Of a stretch of DNA of 64,000 nucleotides, positions 1 to 12,300 are shown one piece after another. Numbering within the stretch: the stretch's first letter is position 1; every line of letters starts with the position of its first letter. Location of the stretch: NCBI GenBank assembly GCA_040954595.2, contig CM082591.2, positions 1,043,882-1,107,881 of the forward strand, given 5' to 3'. Both the position numbers and the translations under genes were made by a program. The notes under the pieces are model-generated. The model was not told the origin of the DNA. It did no database searches and worked only from the letters and a program-made list of their open reading frames with translations. Source of the stretch: Balanoglossus misakiensis (taxonomy: Eukaryota; Animalia; Hemichordata).

Positions 1-233
1 CAGACGACAACACACACTGGCAACTGTGCGCCCGAGTTTTCCAAGCGAGCAGCTTTCCCTGTTTTTGCTGCTTATTGTCATCGGACGAAAAAGGTAAGAG
101 ACATGTCAAATTCTCTCGCTCCAAAGAACGACAGAAAATAAGTTAAAGGCTTTTTGTGTCTCTATTAAGTACTGCGAAATGTTATTTGATCATCCAGCAA
201 CTTGTAGTAAAGTTCAATGTTACATGATGTGTC

Positions 234-240
<7 letters not shown>

Positions 241-270
<30 letters not shown>

Positions 271-272
271 GA

Positions 273-344
<72 letters not shown>
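241..344. repeat. Compound microsatellite (GACA)n followed by (GAT)24
   Basis: GACA run 241-270, then a perfect GAT run 273-344. It generates the spurious poly-M and poly-S ORFs. Confidence 0.97.
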
Positions 345-345
<1 letters not shown>

Positions 346-2683
346 GGCCTGTTGACATGGCAACATGTTCAAGTTCAAATAGGTTTATGTGGAGGACGGT
401 GAAGTGTACCACAAGTGCGCGCGGCTACTTTTAAATTTCACCCGAGCGCTGAAATCTTATGATGACAAATTCTTAATGCTAGCCGCAGCTATGGGAAGTG
501 TGCCAATATTGTTCAACTTTCAACCCCGCGCCGGCCATACAAAGCCGGCCTTTCTGACAATCAACCTCTTTCGTACCAGTATCCCCGTTGTACAAATTAT
601 ACAGGCCGTGTCGTGTGGAATGCAACGACCGTACCTGCAACTATCCAACGACCTTTGAACTGTGCGTACGTGCAATAAAAGTCTAGAGTTGTAAATACGG
701 ACTGACGACCCGAGTCGAGGCCAAGTTTGTAAACACGACTCTCTCTGAGTAGCAGACTATCAACGTCCGCTGTTCTCGGAAAGCGACCGACAAAAACTCC
801 TTTCTCCGTGGAACTCACAGGCCCTTCCCGTCCCCCGCAAAATGAGGTTGTCATAAACTAAGTCCAGAACTCGTGAAATGGAATACGTGTAGTGTTGTTA
901 ATTTCAAGCCCCGGCCTTGCGTCCGTTTCGAGCTGAACGCAAAACTTTCACAGAGATGCAATGCAATGCACTGGCTTTTCCTAATCATCATTACGCAATG
1001 ACATTTATTATTAATTAACGTTTTTTAGTTTCTTTGCAATTCATGCTAACGACGCATCTAGCTCAACTAGCTAACTAGTTCGCCGGACTGAATGCAATCA
1101 TGGTCCAATATAGTAGTTCTGACCACCACTGAACGGGTGCGGTTCGAGTAATGGACAATGCTATTATAGTGATGATTAAATTGTGGATTTGATATTGACA
1201 ACCAAGCTGATAGGACCACGTAGGCGAAAGGCACTGCGTCTACAATTGTATTTCATCACCCTAGATCTCAGCCAAGAGACGACGTAACACAGACAAAACC
1301 ATCTCGGTTTAGTATGATCATGTGAAAATCTACGCAGTCAAATAAACAAAACGGGTCTTTAATGTACGTTCTGCTGAGTATTGTGATAACACAATGAAAG
1401 CTGAGATCATATCACCACCATATAAGGCGAACAGTTTACCCTATAAGCCGCAGCTTTGTTTTGTAGGGTGGTGGAAATTTTACGTTCTATAAATAGACTT
1501 CAATGGGCTTTTCCCCGAAGTCGACGTCAGGATCCTTCTGTGATTGGACTTTAAAAATTAACATATTCATGAGTATGACGTCGTTGACGAACGTCCAATA
1601 GGATTGCACGCTTCTTACATAGGGAGTAAATCGGGGAGTTCCCCTTTTGGTTCCCGATTCTGAGTATAAATATGTTACGTAGGCGTGGTAATAAGTTAGT
1701 GGACACAGTGTTGTCAGATCAGATAGACTGAACGCGTCGATGAGTGAACTTGCCAATGTTTGAACCTTGGGCGTGCTTTTCAGCTCGCAGTCACCCCGAC
1801 TAACAGGTAAAGACAAAAAATGTTTGTTTTAGTGTTTACAGTTTTGAATGCTTTTGCAAGTGTACGCCTGAAACCGACAGTGAATCCATTTCATGCATGG
1901 TTGGCGTAAACTGTTTTCCTCCAGATATATGTACACTAGATTTGATAACCCTGACATTGACAGTCAAATGCAACGACGCCGCAGGCCTTAACTCTAACGC
2001 CGTAACATTATCAGTTACTCGGTATTGACGCGTGTAGGTTTCTCTGACATAACGAACCTTGCTAATCATCATCCTCCTCCTCCTCATCATCATCATGTGT
2101 TGTTTGGTCACGGCTAATTTTAAACCGGGAGACGATTGTCATGGCAACGCCTTTGCTTTCAACTGTGCCACATCATGTGGTTTCGAGGAGGCTTTACCAA
2201 ATATGGTGAAATAGGTGGTGAAGTTTTCATTTCGAAGTTTCACTTGCGTGGGCGCGTACCACGTATCGAACAATTTCGGTAGGAGTTGCCGCTTATCGAT
2301 CTGATCGGACTGTTTTTCCACCCACAGAAAGAAATTTCCAAGCAGACGACCACAAGACTGACAACAGACCACCTCGGTGTATTTTCTCGCCCGCATTCGC
2401 AAATCCAAACGACCAAAAGTCAGAATGATGAACTCAGTGGACATACCGCAAAACTGGACCGACTTTGCAGTTGGATCAAGTTTTTTCGACCCTGAAAGTT
2501 TCACGGTAAGACCCGCTTTACGTGCTTGCATGTCAATTACATACATCAACGAATCAGCGTCAGTGAAATGAACATAGAAAAACTGCAGATGATTTTTGTG
2601 TGTGATTTTAAGTAAATTTTCTTTGCTTTTGTGCACCACAGGGTAGAAGGGAGCAACCGGTTCATGTTGACTATGTGTCGGAC

Positions 2684-5553
2684 ATGTACCCAGAGAGACA
2701 GATTCCACCAAGCCTCACAGGATCATCTGACCAGAGCCTCGGGGATGACTATGGTCATCTATTGACACCTCTGTTAACTCCTGATGAGCTCAAAGTCAAG
2801 ACCGAGAAAAACACGGCTAGAATGGTGCCCGATCTGTCGTCATCGTGGACAAAGTGTTATGGTAAGCTTTAAGTTTCCCTCACACCGAAAAAAAACCAAC
2901 GCTGTTCTGAGTCTGACCAAATCAGTGATTAGTCACGAAATTCTTAGAAATTGTCGCTGGCAAGTTGCCAAAATTGTACCACCAGTTACCGACGCTATCC
3001 ATGGTCTATTAATCAAGCAAATTGATGACGTGCTTCTTGGTTTCTGTGCCTTGTGTATAAGTGAATGATGTAATCACAGCATCATTTACTCTCTGTCCAA
3101 ACTAAGTCGGAATTCTTGCCATGTCATATTTTTAATCAGCGCACAGTGTGCTACAGATTGTAATCAGAGATATTTGAGTTTCTCAGAAAGCGAAGCATGC
3201 GCTGTCATTCATTGGAACTTAATCACCCAGTGTTATTGAATTCTCCTGTCTAATAAATAATCAGTACACGCTGTGTCACTGATGAATCACAACAAACGCA
3301 ACAGGTAGTTAACCCCACCCTTTGTATTTGCATATGAATAGGCATGGGAGATGATTGGCAGGACCAGTCTCCTCGTAATTGGACCCCAGATCAGGTATAT
3401 GCCTGGCTGCACCAATGTATGTTCGAAATGGACCATGACTACTCAGATATCTACCTGCCCAACTTCTACCTGACTGGCCGACAACTGTGTCAGATGACCG
3501 AAGATGATTTCTACCGAAGTGCTCCCAAAACTGGGGGCATTTTATACAGCAAACTGCAATCTAGGCTTCATATTGGAGGTAAGAGTTTCAAAAAACTTTT
3601 CAAAAGTTTTGATAAAAACATGCTGTAATTATTTAAGGAAGTCATAATTCAATAGTACTATGCCCAACTCTCACTTCCCCATTTCAAGGGTTTTGCAATA
3701 GTTTTAATTGGGTCCAATTATAGTCAGAAAAATAGTTTATTTGGCAGACATAGTTCCTCTTGACTTCAGAGGAACAGAAAAGTGGAACTAAAAGATGAAA
3801 ACATCACTGCTTTTAGAACATGCATCTATTCAAGAATATATGTTTACAGTTGTTTTTGTTTATTTGTTTACAGCATATACTCAACCCATTATCTTCAGTG
3901 AAGATACCAGTGATGACGATGAGTCATCTGAATTGTTACTTGATGTTCAAGGTGAGTTACCATGGCAACACTAGTTACCATGGCAACACTAGTTACCATG
4001 GCTACACTCTTCTCTATCACTACAATCACAGCCACACCCATTGAGGTCATTAAAAAATAAACTTACTAAATATTAAGGCTAGAGACATATGAAATATTGA
4101 AATGCAGTAAAAAACAACTAATAACCAGATTTTTGTTATTTTTTTTATCCCATCAGACGACACTTTTAACCTGTTTGGATCTATCGAACAGTGTGAAGAA
4201 ATGCTGGATTTAATCCTTGGCAAAGGTGAGCAAAAAGATTAAACCTCTTTGAGAATTCCACATCAGGAAGCAAATGCACTGAAATTAATTCTCTGATTGT
4301 CTCTAACTGGTTTCTTGATCAGTGACTAATATTTGTGACTCTCTTTCTTTTACCTCAAGAAGAACCAGGAATGGATGACAACAATCCACCATCACCACTG
4401 TCAAACAATCCACCATCTCCATTCTCAACAACCAGTTCCTCCATGTCTTATTACCCGGAGTCTGATGTTTCTTTGCCACCAAGTCCAGCAGATGCAATCT
4501 CCATGTTCCAACAGATTGAGACTGGAGTTTCCAGGCGGAGAAATAATTCCGCAGGAGAAGGTAAGCATGCTACACTAATCTAACAAACTACTTCTCCCCT
4601 ATCATTGTTCATTAAATTGATTTAATTTGATAGATTGTGTCATGGGCAAGAGGGCATCTGATTGGCTAATTTCTGTCTGTACACCAGGTGTACAATAAAT
4701 GATATCAAAAGTGGTTCAAAAACAAAAACCAGTCATAGAGATGCTAGCAAATTGTACAGTACTTCCAGATAACCTATCAACTATTTCAGTTCTGTAATTA
4801 AATTGTGTATGATGTTATTCTATTGACAGAAACCTCTGAAAGCGACAGCGATATGTTCAGCGACACAAAATCTGAAGGCAGCTTGGTGAGCGTACCGATG
4901 AAGAAGAACATGAAGAAAGTGAACTTCAATTTGAATCGCAGAGGAGGAAAGAATCTGGAGATGCTACAGAAGAAGTTGCAAGGGAAACGCCCCCGTGGAC
5001 GACCACGTAAAATTAAGTTGGAATCTTCGAGCGATGAGGATGATGAGGATCTGATGTGCACACGACGCAAAGGAGAAGGTAAATAATTCTCCAATTTATT
5101 TGTAAGATATGTTAGTATAGAAAAGGCTAGTGCTTCTTAAAATTGCTATATAGATATACAATTTTTGATGCTTCTAATCTTATTAAACATTGGAGTACAT
5201 GATTGTCTACATTTTCTGAAATTTTGGTCCTTTGTTGTGTTTTTTCAGGAATGAAAGGTAACCATTTGTGGGAATTCATTCGGGATCTCCTGAAAACACC
5301 CGACTTCAATCCAGACTTCATCAAATGGGAAGACACCAAGAGTGGTGTCTTCCGGATTGTCCACTCGGAAGCGGTCGCCAAAGCGTGGGGAAAGAAGAAG
5401 AATAATCCTCGCATGACGTACGAGAAACTGAGCCGTGCCATGAGGTACTACTACAAACGCGACATTCTCGAGCGAGTGGATGGTCGTCGTTTGGTCTACA
5501 AGTTTGGCAAGAAAGCCTATGGTTGGCAGGAAGCAGCTAAACACACCTTCTGA
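2684..5553 (+). CDS. ESE-subfamily ETS transcription factor (ELF3/EHF/ELF5-like) with PNT/SAM domain, AT-hook and C-terminal ETS domain
   Basis: Exons 2642-2861, 3342-3578, 3874-3951, 4157-4225, 4360-4560, 4830-5078, 5249-5553; all GT-AG, phase 1, frame continuous. PNT motif '[14 protein letters not shown]...[14 protein letters not shown]', AT-hook 'KRPRGRPRK', ETS '[10 protein letters not shown]...[39 protein letters not shown]'. The start is uncertain: first ATG is 2684, but the frame is open to the exon start, and upstream exons may end at 93 or 1806. AATAAA at 6970. Confidence 0.93.
3955..4008. repeat. 3 x 18-bp tandem repeat AGTTACCATGGCAACACT; each unit contains an RFX X-box-like palindrome
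   Basis: Units 3955-3972, 3973-3990, 3991-4008 (third has one substitution), starting immediately after the donor at 3952. Confidence 0.9.
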
Positions 5554-6297
5554 ACAAACTGTCTCCAACTTCCAAGCAGCTTGGCTTGAACTCAAAGCAT
5601 GTATGCGAAGCCAGCGTAATGCAGTGTCATGCAGAACTGATGTTCTGTGGTGTGACAGTCATAAAGGAAAAGATTTTCCCTTGAACTGTTTGAAATTTGG
5701 ACAATGACCAGCAAGGTCGTGACTTTTTACTGTGATATCATGACACCCATAAAATGGCGCCTGTTAAACTGGCCCTGTCATTGTTTTGCTTTTATATACA
5801 AAATTTGTTGAAGTTAGAGTATTGTCAAGTTTATGATAGACTCTAAGCATATTTTAAAATTTATGAAATGTAAACAAATTCGGCAAATATGTGCCTTATC
5901 AAACAAGCAATCCTGTAATTTGAAAATTATTTAAAAATACAAACTGCATTCATTGGCAGCTGGTTTATACATTTTAAAGAACAAGTATTGTTTCCAAAGA
6001 AACTAGTCTATACATATATTTGCATCTTTATTTATGAACTATTCTGCTGGTCAGAAAGGATGTATGCTTTTAGGTGATATGTTTAATATTTTGTTTTTAT
6101 TAGATATTGTAAGATTTGTTGCCTAGCAATATATTTAGCATTCGTCGGAAGTATCCATGGCGATGTATTCCAGAGACTTATCGTATCTTCAAGTGAAGAG
6201 AAAGGATAAACAAACCGACCACAGTCTTGTGGTTGTTGAAATCATAGAGTACCACGAAATACACAGTCCGGGTGCGGAGAATGCGACTTTCTGAGAT

Positions 6298-6390
6298 TTA
6301 ACCCTTTCACCACTATGGTTCAGTCCAAACCCATTGTTTTCTATGGGAAGGTTGGACCTCTAAAGAGGGAACTGGGGGTGAAAGGGTTAA
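6298..6390 (+). mobile_element. piggyBac-type MITE copy (93 bp including TTAA flanks) in the ETS 3' UTR
   Basis: TTAA-CCCTTTCACC ... GGTGAAAGGG-TTAA; near-identical to 52944-53036. Confidence 0.85.
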
Positions 6391-9300
6391 AGAGTATGAA
6401 ATAAGCAGATGACTGGGCATTTTGTGGTACTCTCGTTTTAACAACACAAAGTGGCATATATTATGTAACCGCTTTTGCCGGTCAACTTTTTATTCAACTT
6501 CTATTACAGTTGATATTATCTGATATAAATTGTGTGTGGTTTTTTATAGTTAGCCTCAAAGGTTTTGTAGTTTTTACCTTGACAACACAGTCTATAACTC
6601 TGTAACACAAAAGTTCAGTGTTTGAAGTTTATAGTCAGTTGTGACTAAAACATTTTATCATTATTAAATTGTTTTCAAAAAATCATATCACATTTAAAAG
6701 AATACATATGTTAATTCATTTTTGAGAATTTTAAGCATGATGTAGGATTTTAAAGTTGGTCATGGCTGCACTGTTTTGCACAAAAATCTGTTTATGTTTC
6801 TGTATCATGTACACTGCCTTGATTGCTTTAAAATGAGAGGTATTTACCTCTTCGTAAAACTGTATTTTATCACAGCCTTTTTGTAGAGAAATCTGACTAG
6901 TGAAAAGTAAATTGTGGCTTACACCATTTTGTAGTTCAATATTTGTTTATATCAAAGTGTTGACTTTCAAATAAAGGATGTAATGAGCACATTACATTTG
7001 CTTGATCTCAATCTTATATATTTGTGAGTCACAGTGTGTGCGTGTGAGTGAGCATGTCTCCTTCTGTTTGTGTGTGTTCAGTGATCGCCATGACAATATT
7101 GATGGGTACAACAAAATGGCTGACAGCATAGCCAATGAGAATTTCTACTAAGATGCATGACACTTCTATTGCCATAAATAAAAACGATGACCTTTTCGCT
7201 TGAATCCAGATTATATCCATTAACTGTTACTTTGATGACTACAAAGATTCTTTTATTACGGTTGAATTCTTAAACATATCAACCTGCATGGAAAGTTACT
7301 ACCGCCTAGCAACCAATTGTTTGTGTTTTTATAAAACAGAAATATAAATCACTTTACAATGACCCTTGACCTAAGACCTCCATCATGTTAGTGCAGGTAT
7401 ATACATTAATAAAAGTCGAAAACCAACACTACAGTAAGAAACTGTTCAAGCACTGTAAATCATGTCATCAGGATTTTATGTGTCTGTAAAATGTCCGCAG
7501 AGAAACTATTTCCAATTGTCAGGGTTTCCAGTGGTTGTGTATATACAATGATCACGTTTCTGTGAACAAAGACACCTTTTTTTTTTTATGCCAATATAAA
7601 CTACTGAAGTGGGAAAAAGATTTTCACAAACTGTTGTGAAAAGTGGGCGGCTTCAATTCTTCTGCGACATTTATGAAGATGTTGAAATCATTGTGGGAAC
7701 TTCTTTAAAATACTCAGTTTTTTTTACACTCAATGCAGTAAAACTTGTCTAGTAGAAACAACCACCCTAAATAATGAACAGTTTAAGAGTCATAGTTGTA
7801 GGTATCACCTATAAAGTCAATACACAGGTACAATTCTTTTGGTTTTGTAAACAATCTGATCATATGTTCTCAGTCAAAACACAGGTAAAATAATTCTACT
7901 TGAAGAGAAACTATTGGGTTTTTTTTTTGGGGGGGGGGGGAATCTGAGAAGTATCTCCTCAATTTTGCAAACACACACTGACATTCTGTTTGGTTGAGTT
8001 CATAGAAGTGACAGAATGTATACTTTCAGTTTTTCCCTGAGATACAGTAGCTGTTCACTAACAAACTTAAGCCTCAATCCTATTGTGTGAGATAGACTAG
8101 TACACTGTGAATTGAGTTGAATGAGTTGGAAAAGATATAAACAACTCTAGGAATTTGCTGTATTTTAAGGCTGGGAAATCCAGTACCTGAACAAAAGACA
8201 CAATAGGTTATGCATGCTGATCTGACATGGCATAATAGCCTGACCTCCCAGGGTTGTTCGGAGGGGGGGGGGGTCTAGACAGAGTATAGAAAATGGGGGG
8301 TGACCTCTGTTTTAGTTGACCTGTGCCTGAACAGGTTGATCTCGAGTTTTTTAAGTGGTATTGGAGACAACCCTTGCTGGTACAGGTTTTGTTGGAGGAT
8401 TATATACACTCCAGAAACGTTGGTTGTGTTTAAGCACGCTCACTCCACGGTCGAGGTACTTGCTTGTGGAAATGTCCATTTCATTCTCAATTACTTATTT
8501 CCATATACATCTATTTTCACTTTGTTTATCAGTCATACTGAGAACTAGACACCATAAAACAAAATCACAAAAATATGGTTCGAATTCCCACTTCCCTAGA
8601 GAAGCATCTCAGATCCCATCTATCAATTCCAATGCTCCATCGCCCAAGACCTTTACCTTGAAATCTTTCAGAACAAAAGTCCCTGTGTATGCACAGACAG
8701 TCAACAGCCCAGACCCCCTGCAATGCACTTCACCAGAATTGTCATGCTCTGATAATCACAGCAACAACATTTCCAGTTCCACCAACATGTTGACATACAA
8801 CCAGGAGTTCAGAGTCAATGGCCTTGATTTTGGAAGTGGGTACAAAAATGCAAGTCAACAAAACAACAGCAATAAGGTCACGACTAAGAAAACTTGGGAA
8901 TTGAAAGGTACTACCATTTTGTTTATCAACTTCAAAGTAATCCGAGAAGCGCCTAATTATTGTTTAAAAAATGACCAAGCTAGAATCATGCTCACTGAAG
9001 TCACGTCAACACAACATTCCATCACCATATGGTACCTACACTATAGAGTTAACGTCGGCCATTGTCCTCACCTGAGCTAGTACACATGCATTGTTCATAA
9101 AACTAGTTTACTGCTTTTATGCTGAACTAGAACCAGGTAGAATTCCCACAATGAGCAGACATGAGGCACATTAACCTATTTTTCCATTTCTATGAGGCTT
9201 TATTATGCATTGCAGAAAATGTTGACATCTAGGGACAGAACGACAAGATTCAAACCCTCTGAATGTGGAAGTCAAAAATACTTTGTTTGAACAATATGGT

Positions 9301-12300
9301 TCCCGTCTGCCTACGTAATTATCACCTGAGAGCTCCACTGACAACACCAAAAGACTTGCGCAATACCGCAATTTCAGATTAATTCCTGATTTCAACAAAA
9401 AAGTGGGGAAAATGAGGAAGTTGGAATCAGATAAGCTTATCTGTAGTATGTGTACTATGTAACTGTTTTATTGTGTATTTACACATTGCACACTGACTCT
9501 GAAGTAAGGCTGGAAACCGATGGCTATATCGCGTGCAATCATCACGCGCCTACTCAGTGCACAGTCCAATGTCTAAACGCCGTCGAAACACTTCACATAT
9601 TCAAAGACAATAAAAGCATTGACTGTAGCATGTTTGCGATGGGAATTAAACGATTACCATTGCCTGTCATTGCAGAACATGAAATATTTTAACATTGGAA
9701 TTTGATTATTGATTAAGATAACAGATCCTTGATAAAATGAACCATTGGCAATTTTCCAGATATTGACCGCAATGGATCTAATTGTCAGGGTTGTCAATAA
9801 TTGTGTGCTGTTTGTCAAATATATTTTTTTAGGTTTTTATCGTAGAATTGGCATGTACATTAGTGCGGGACATATCTTGAACCCATTGAACACCAAATTT
9901 CAAGAGAATGTGTAATTTGTTGAAAGATGATAAGACTAACAGTAGGGCATCATGATGGCCCCATATCCGCCCTGACAGGCGTTCTGTGTATGTTTGTGGT
10001 AACCATGGCGTTTATGTAAATAGCTCTGGATCCTCCTATCAGACTATATATCTCAGATTGTTGTAGACATCATGACCACTACCACACGATTACTAACATT
10101 GTCTGTGATGTAATAATTGCAATCTCTTGTCTCTATCAAATCTTGTTGGCTGGACATCAAGTTTATGTGGGGAGTACATGGGCCTGAGGACAGATTATCA
10201 GCAAAATGATACTCCTCCAACACTTTTAACTTTGAAGATAAGATCACATTTAATTTTAAAGTCGTTTATCATTAAGTTAATTAAACCAGACACGGGAGAT
10301 TTTCATAACCTGTTCTGAACAGGTACCTGGAGGCACCATTGGTGACGCAAGGTTTACTCAATGCAAGATTGTAACACACCCATACATTCCATTGTCTACA
10401 TCACGAATCGGTACATTGTTTGTTTTCTTACAAACCGTTCCAGTCCATTCTAAGTCTCCCGACCGTGTCCTCATTCAAAGGAGGAGACTCTTTAATAACC
10501 ACTGATGCCCTGACAGGTCAACACAATGCAACGCCCGCGCATAATTTTTACCAAGTATCCCAGACTGACCTCTTTAAAAATATTTGCTTTAACCTCCACA
10601 TCATGACAGGCATTTATTGTTCGTGTTTGCGCAGACAATTCTCATTGATTTTTTAGAAATGAAGTATGAGTTTTGAAACAGAACCTGTTAGAGTCTCAAC
10701 CCAGTTGAAGGTCGGGACAACTTTTCAATAGTTGACTTGTCCCGTAATTTACCCACTGCTGCAGGGTCAATGAGCGGTCACCGACTGGCGCAGTTTGAAA
10801 TGAAACTTTCAGGGGGTGGGGGCGATGGGGGTGGAATTCAATACTTTGAAGTTTCGCTACATAACTGATCCTTACCTGTGATCCTAATGTCTCGATCATC
10901 CACAGTTGAACTTTCAACGGACAAAAATTGACACACACACACATGTATATTCCCTTGTAAAAAGTCCAATCTTTAAAAAAAGACAGAAAGATTTTATAAA
11001 ACTGTGGTTCAATCATGGTTATTTACTCCAAATTTATCAGCTCCAATTTTGTCACATGTGTGTTTGATGTTGGGTGTTTGAGGAACAGTCATGTACTCAG
11101 AAAAGCTTCTGATATGTACAAAACTGTCCACTTGCTCTGGTAGCTGATTAAAAAAGAAAAATAGTATGAAGGATTGATACAGAAAACTGACAGACAAGGA
11201 ATGGAAAGGCTTAAAGTAGGAGTGAGAAGAATTGAATTGAAACCATATTAAAAATAGAACTCTCAATAAAAAAAAACATAAAAATTAATATCCTTTGTTT
11301 GGAAATTGTATCTCTTCTACTTTCAGTTTCACATGTTTTGTAATTATAAGTGATAACTGGGGTGGTTTCGCTGAGTCATGAAATGTTTTTAGATTCACAA
11401 ACATTACTTTCACTTTGACACTCTATTTAACAAATGATCATTCAGTAGGGTGATATCACAGCTTTCTTTGTAACTAAAAAAGTGTGTGGGCGTGATGAGG
11501 CTTGTACTACACTCTTGTTGACCTATATCTCTCGGTTGTGTGCAACTGGTGTTCATAGAAAGAGGTTGTCTTTACTTCTCCACACATTCTTTCTGTAATA
11601 TAAAGTTTAAGCTTCAGATCCCTGTTTTAAAAACAACACACAGAGGTACTTATTCCCTGTTGGCAAGCCAAGATTGAGATTAGAAACAAACTGATCCCTT
11701 TAATCCAAAACCTGAAAGCTATAGACTTATAATATTAGTTGTGCTGATTTATTAGTGTTCACCTTGAAACTTTAGTTTACAACAACAAAAATTTTCCCTT
11801 GACATGACACATATGGACAGTGTTGTTTAGATCAAATCTGAAATGACCACGGTTTATATCAATAACCCCAAAGCACCATGGAAAATAACATTCCTGAGGA
11901 AACTTCCCCAAACTCCTTGTGAGGAACTAAAACATCAAAATCTTTACTGAACACACCATGTAAAACAGTAAACACAGAGCTACCCAGCACTGACTGAAAT
12001 GCATCGTGGGAAATGTGCAACTTTTTCAATCGACCACAGTGCTTCAAACAAAGGGGTCCAAATGGTCAAGCATGGATCATGCATGTAATTTATTGCATCT
12101 TTGTTGTCAATCAGTCTGGTCTTTCTCCAAAATTCTCAAGGACAGTCGACCTTTTGGTGGATTGCAAAGGTCATTTGGACGATACATACCGAAGTAGATG
12201 TTTGTTTCAAAACTCAACAGGTGCATGTTTGGCAGTCGACTGCAAACTTGATTAGAGACATTTTGATGTTACGTGGCAAAACCTGGCAAGAATTTACAAC

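Noticed and set aside
182-412. Poly-Ser / poly-Met ORFs
   Set aside because: Translations of the (GACA)n(GAT)n microsatellite.
2139-2711. 190-aa minus-strand ORF
   Set aside because: No recognisable domain or splice partners; antisense to the ETS intron and exon; probably chance.
7919-8272. Poly-T/poly-G runs as G-quadruplex elements (also poly-C at 40439-40451)
   Set aside because: Isolated homopolymers, error-prone in assemblies, with no supporting context.
10053-11266. Minus-strand splice-like signals suggesting a micro-exon gene (donors near 10876 and 10753, acceptor near 11143)
   Set aside because: I could not build a start-to-stop frame or recognise a domain; RNA-seq would be needed.
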